Below are positions 60,684 through 64,000 of a DNA stretch of 64,000 bases, piece by piece. The DNA is from Microbotryum violaceum. Its lineage: Eukaryota. A program made the position numbers and the translations under genes. How positions within the stretch are numbered: position 1 is the stretch's first letter; each line of letters starts with the position of its first letter. The notes under the pieces were generated by a model that was not told the origin of the DNA, ran no database searches, and saw only the letters and a program-made list of their open reading frames with translations. The DNA lies in contig CDLV01000004.1 of the NCBI GenBank assembly GCA_001244265.2, positions 2,418,001 to 2,482,000 of the forward strand. The letters run 5' to 3'.

Positions 60684-63600
60684 ATGGCGCCAGTCGCACT
60701 CATCATGTCGACAGGAGAAATGAGCCAACTGCTCCAAAACAAAGGGGGCCGACCACCCATCGCGTTGCAGGAACAAAGCTCCCCAGAGGGATACGCATCG
60801 GAAGTTGACTCGGAAGTGGATGAGGATGAGGACAGTCTGCAAGTCTTGGCAGCTTTGGTCCCGGTTCTCTCAAAGTCCTCGATATCTAGCCCCTCCGCAG
60901 TCTCGGGGCTTTTAATCTCTCCAAAGAGCCGTTCGAGAGACTCCGACGAGGATTCGGCAGACGAGGGTTACTACGGAGTCGACGACGACAATTCGGACGA
61001 GAAATCAATTGACAACATCTTCTCGGCACTACTCCTGGCTCGGAACGACAAGAAGATCCTTGACCGGCACACGTACGAGCCCTCTCGACAGGACAAAGAT
61101 ATATTGAACACGACGCGCGAGGCAATTTTCTCAAACATGATCCTCACGACTGCAGAGCACAACGAGCTCCGTCTCAGGTCGCTTGTTCTCAATTGTCGCA
61201 AGCCGAGGTCCGAATGGGAATTTGTACGCAAACTTCCTGTCCTGGAGCTCCCAAAGTTCATGGCTACAGGGGTATGTTGAAGCTGCAAGCTGCGCTGCGT
61301 TTTGTTTCGTCCTGTGAACGACCTAACTTTCATTGGTGCGATCTATTAACAGAAGCATGACTGGGCTCCACGCAAATATGAACGCTGTCTCGCTGTCGTC
61401 GAGCGACCTTACGGTGACGTGCCCTCGTCTACTCATCATCAACATCCGTCGGAGGTGGCAGTGGGGATCGAATGGCGTCCGGAAGTGCCTATCACCCTTC
61501 GAGAAGCTTGGAGTCAACCCGGCGAAGGTCGACCTGTTGCGGAGGTTCTACGGATTACACATCGTTGCTCGGGGCCTGTAAAAGAGTTCGGGTCAAGGAT
61601 GGCAAACTTGGGTACAAGAAACGAGAATGACAAGGACCCCGGGAAAACATGCTCTACTCAACTCAAGGTGATCATCCCGGATAGGAAATCAAAGGAGCTT
61701 GGGTTGGGTGGCTGATAAGACTCTCTGTTACCTTCTTCGTCCCTTGTGTAGATCCTCGTTCAGGCCGACGATCTTTCATCGGCGCTGGTGTACACCCTCG
61801 GCCGCCGGAAGGACGCCAACCACCGCCGAACGTCCGACGTCCAGCCCCTTTCATTCGTGCGTTGGCGCATCAGGAAGTCTTTCGGCAGGCCAACACGCCC
61901 ACGCTTGCATTTCAAAGTGAGTGTGTGCTCCAAGTTTGCACAAGCAGTTTTCACTTCTCAAGGCTGACCATCAGTTCCTTTCTCGATGATGGACTCGATC
62001 ATTTCACAGATATGAACCAGCGGATGTCGGTTTGGGAGAAACAGAACGAGATCATTCTCCCGCAGTACAGGAAAGTCGGCGCAAAGCAGCTGCGCAATAT
62101 GTTCAGGGCAAAAGGTCGACAGAACGCGCAGTATGGATCCGCCTTGTACTCGCTAGCTCGCACGGCTGAGCTGAGACCGTTCACCCTTCAAAATGCAACG
62201 GAGCCCAAGACACGCGGAGTGGCCTAGTGAGTGATCACGATCTAAGCTGCTTGCCGATCTGATGAGCTAACAAGCGGCGGAGGTATTTACCCTTGTCAGC
62301 TTTCAACCTTTTAATGAGAAAACGAAGCAGCCGTTGATCTGCGTCCTTGCCTCCCTCCACTCCATCGACGTGTTGATTTCCTTCGCCACAGTTGGGAACG
62401 ATTCAGGCGATTGGTCGCGGTTTGTTGGACTTGACTCAAGCTGGCGATACCTGAACGAGAACCGCGCCCCCTCACCGCCCTCGTCGCGACTGGCTTGAAA
62501 GACAAACTTGCGCTAGGTGAGAGCCCGGGAAGCACTTGAAAGGAAGGTCCGGACGAGTACAAAGACTCATTTCATCGCTTATGTATTGTCTTCTTCAGGT
62601 CCTATGCTTCTCTTCAGTGATGTGAAGGCAGATACTCTCGCCATCTACTTGGACACGGTAAAGAGGCTGGTCGAGGAGCGCACCGCGATCCTTGTAAGGA
62701 GTGCGTTGTAAGATGGGTTGACCAGGGTGTGCTGCGCGTCACGACAGTTTTGAGAGGAGTCGCTCACGCCCTTCTGTACCGTCGACGATTTGCATGCGTA
62801 CTTCAGAAGCTCGTGAGAATGGGCCCAATCTACCCGGCTCGTCCCCCAGGTTGCCAAATCTTCTCCAAAATGCCGAATTCATCTTGGAAAATCAGTGGCA
62901 ACCACCAAATTTCATGATCGACAAATGTAGGACTGAGCTCAACGCCTTGACACTCTGTAAGCGCCGCTGCTTGCTAGGGCTACTATATGAGATGTGCAGA
63001 CTGCTCTCACAATGTTGAATTCCTGATGATCATTGTCTTCTGCATCTACGTTACTATAGGGAAAGAAAAGCACAACCTCAATTTCCACATACGCCTTTGC
63101 CAATTCCATGTGGTTCAGGCCATTATTCGGTGGTCGAGTGACAGGAATGACGGCGAAAGGGGCAACACCGTCAAGCCTTCTCGGATTGCTCGCAAGTCGT
63201 TGATCAACATTTTGTACGAATTTCGATCCATCATCCAGCGCTTTCGGTTTATACACACCGAGCATGAAACAGATGCCGAGGTGACAGCTTGGCGCTCGAC
63301 TGAGTTCGAAGAGAAGAAGCGGGCGTTCTTTGAAAAATTGGACGCATGGATCGACAAAGAGTTCCGAAGTCGTCGCAAGCCAGCAGCAAACAAATCAGAC
63401 GTCACCAAGAAGTCGGAACTGGGTTGCAACAGCCGAGAAGAAGATCAATTACAAGCAAAGAAGGATAACTTTCGGGCGTATTTCAATGTCAACTGGTTCG
63501 TACAAGAGTGGATCGGTGAGTCTTACTTATTCCTTCTTTACGTGTTCTCTCACAGTTTTTTTGGCTCACGCATTTCCACAATTCTGAAGAAACATACACA

Positions 63601-64000
63601 GATGATGGTTTACCCCTTGGCGTTTCACGGGAAACCATCAACACCAACAACGTGACTGAACGAGCCTTCAAGACCATCCAGCAAGAGCATCTCCACGGCC
63701 GAGCCAACAAGAGGTATTGCGTAGCACCGGACTCAAGGAGCGAATCTCGACGGAAGAGCTGACAATTCTGCTTGCGCTCTGCACTTGCTAGGATCGACAA
63801 TCTCGTTGTGGTCTTACTCGACAATGCTCTAGTTTATGACATTTGGAAGGACGTATCGGATGCAAAACCGGATCATGTTCTTTGAGATACTCTGGCAAAA
63901 TTGATGGACATCTGGGACCTTGGACAGTTCCGCCCTACCGAAAAGGAGGGCCAGTGGGTGCTTAGTTTACGGTGAGGTTTTACGAGTACCAGTGCCTTGG
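60684..64000 (+). mobile_element. MULE/Mutator-like transposase gene, multi-exon, degenerate, runs off the window
   Basis: NFMIDKCRTELNAL, IRLCQFHVVQAI (CxxH), YFNVNWF..W, NTNNVTERAFKTI..RANKRIDNLV; these are the conserved blocks of fungal MULE-type DDE transposases. Internal stops. Confidence 0.75.

Overview
Eukaryotic, intron-containing fungal DNA. Basidiomycete origin, probably Pucciniomycotina and Microbotryum-like, is inferred from gene style, TE families and TpCpG-type mutation. Only three host genes are recognisable: a Mus7/MMS22-like gene (3' part, 1-2929), protein disulfide isomerase (3134-5522, minus) and Arp2/3 subunit ARPC5 (26235-27060). The rest is nested transposable elements: three copies of a chromodomain Ty3/gypsy element, a fragment of a second gypsy family, four Ty1/copia elements or fragments, two internally deleted Helitrons, a LINE 3' end, a KDZ (Kyakuja-Dileera-Zisupton) transposase with a convergent partner gene, a MULE-like transposase and several non-autonomous TIR elements carrying unknown cargo genes. 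Main highlights: (1) a reconstructable inversion of at least 16 kb made by recombination between inverted gypsy copies, shown by a split copia protease and a shared CAAAG target-site duplication; (2) a mosaic mitochondrial insertion (atp9, nad4L and nad5 fragments) inside an intron of the KDZ-adjacent gene; (3) a TIR element with an 8-bp TSD that carries a member of an unrecognised, duplicated gene family. All calls are by eye; no database search was run.
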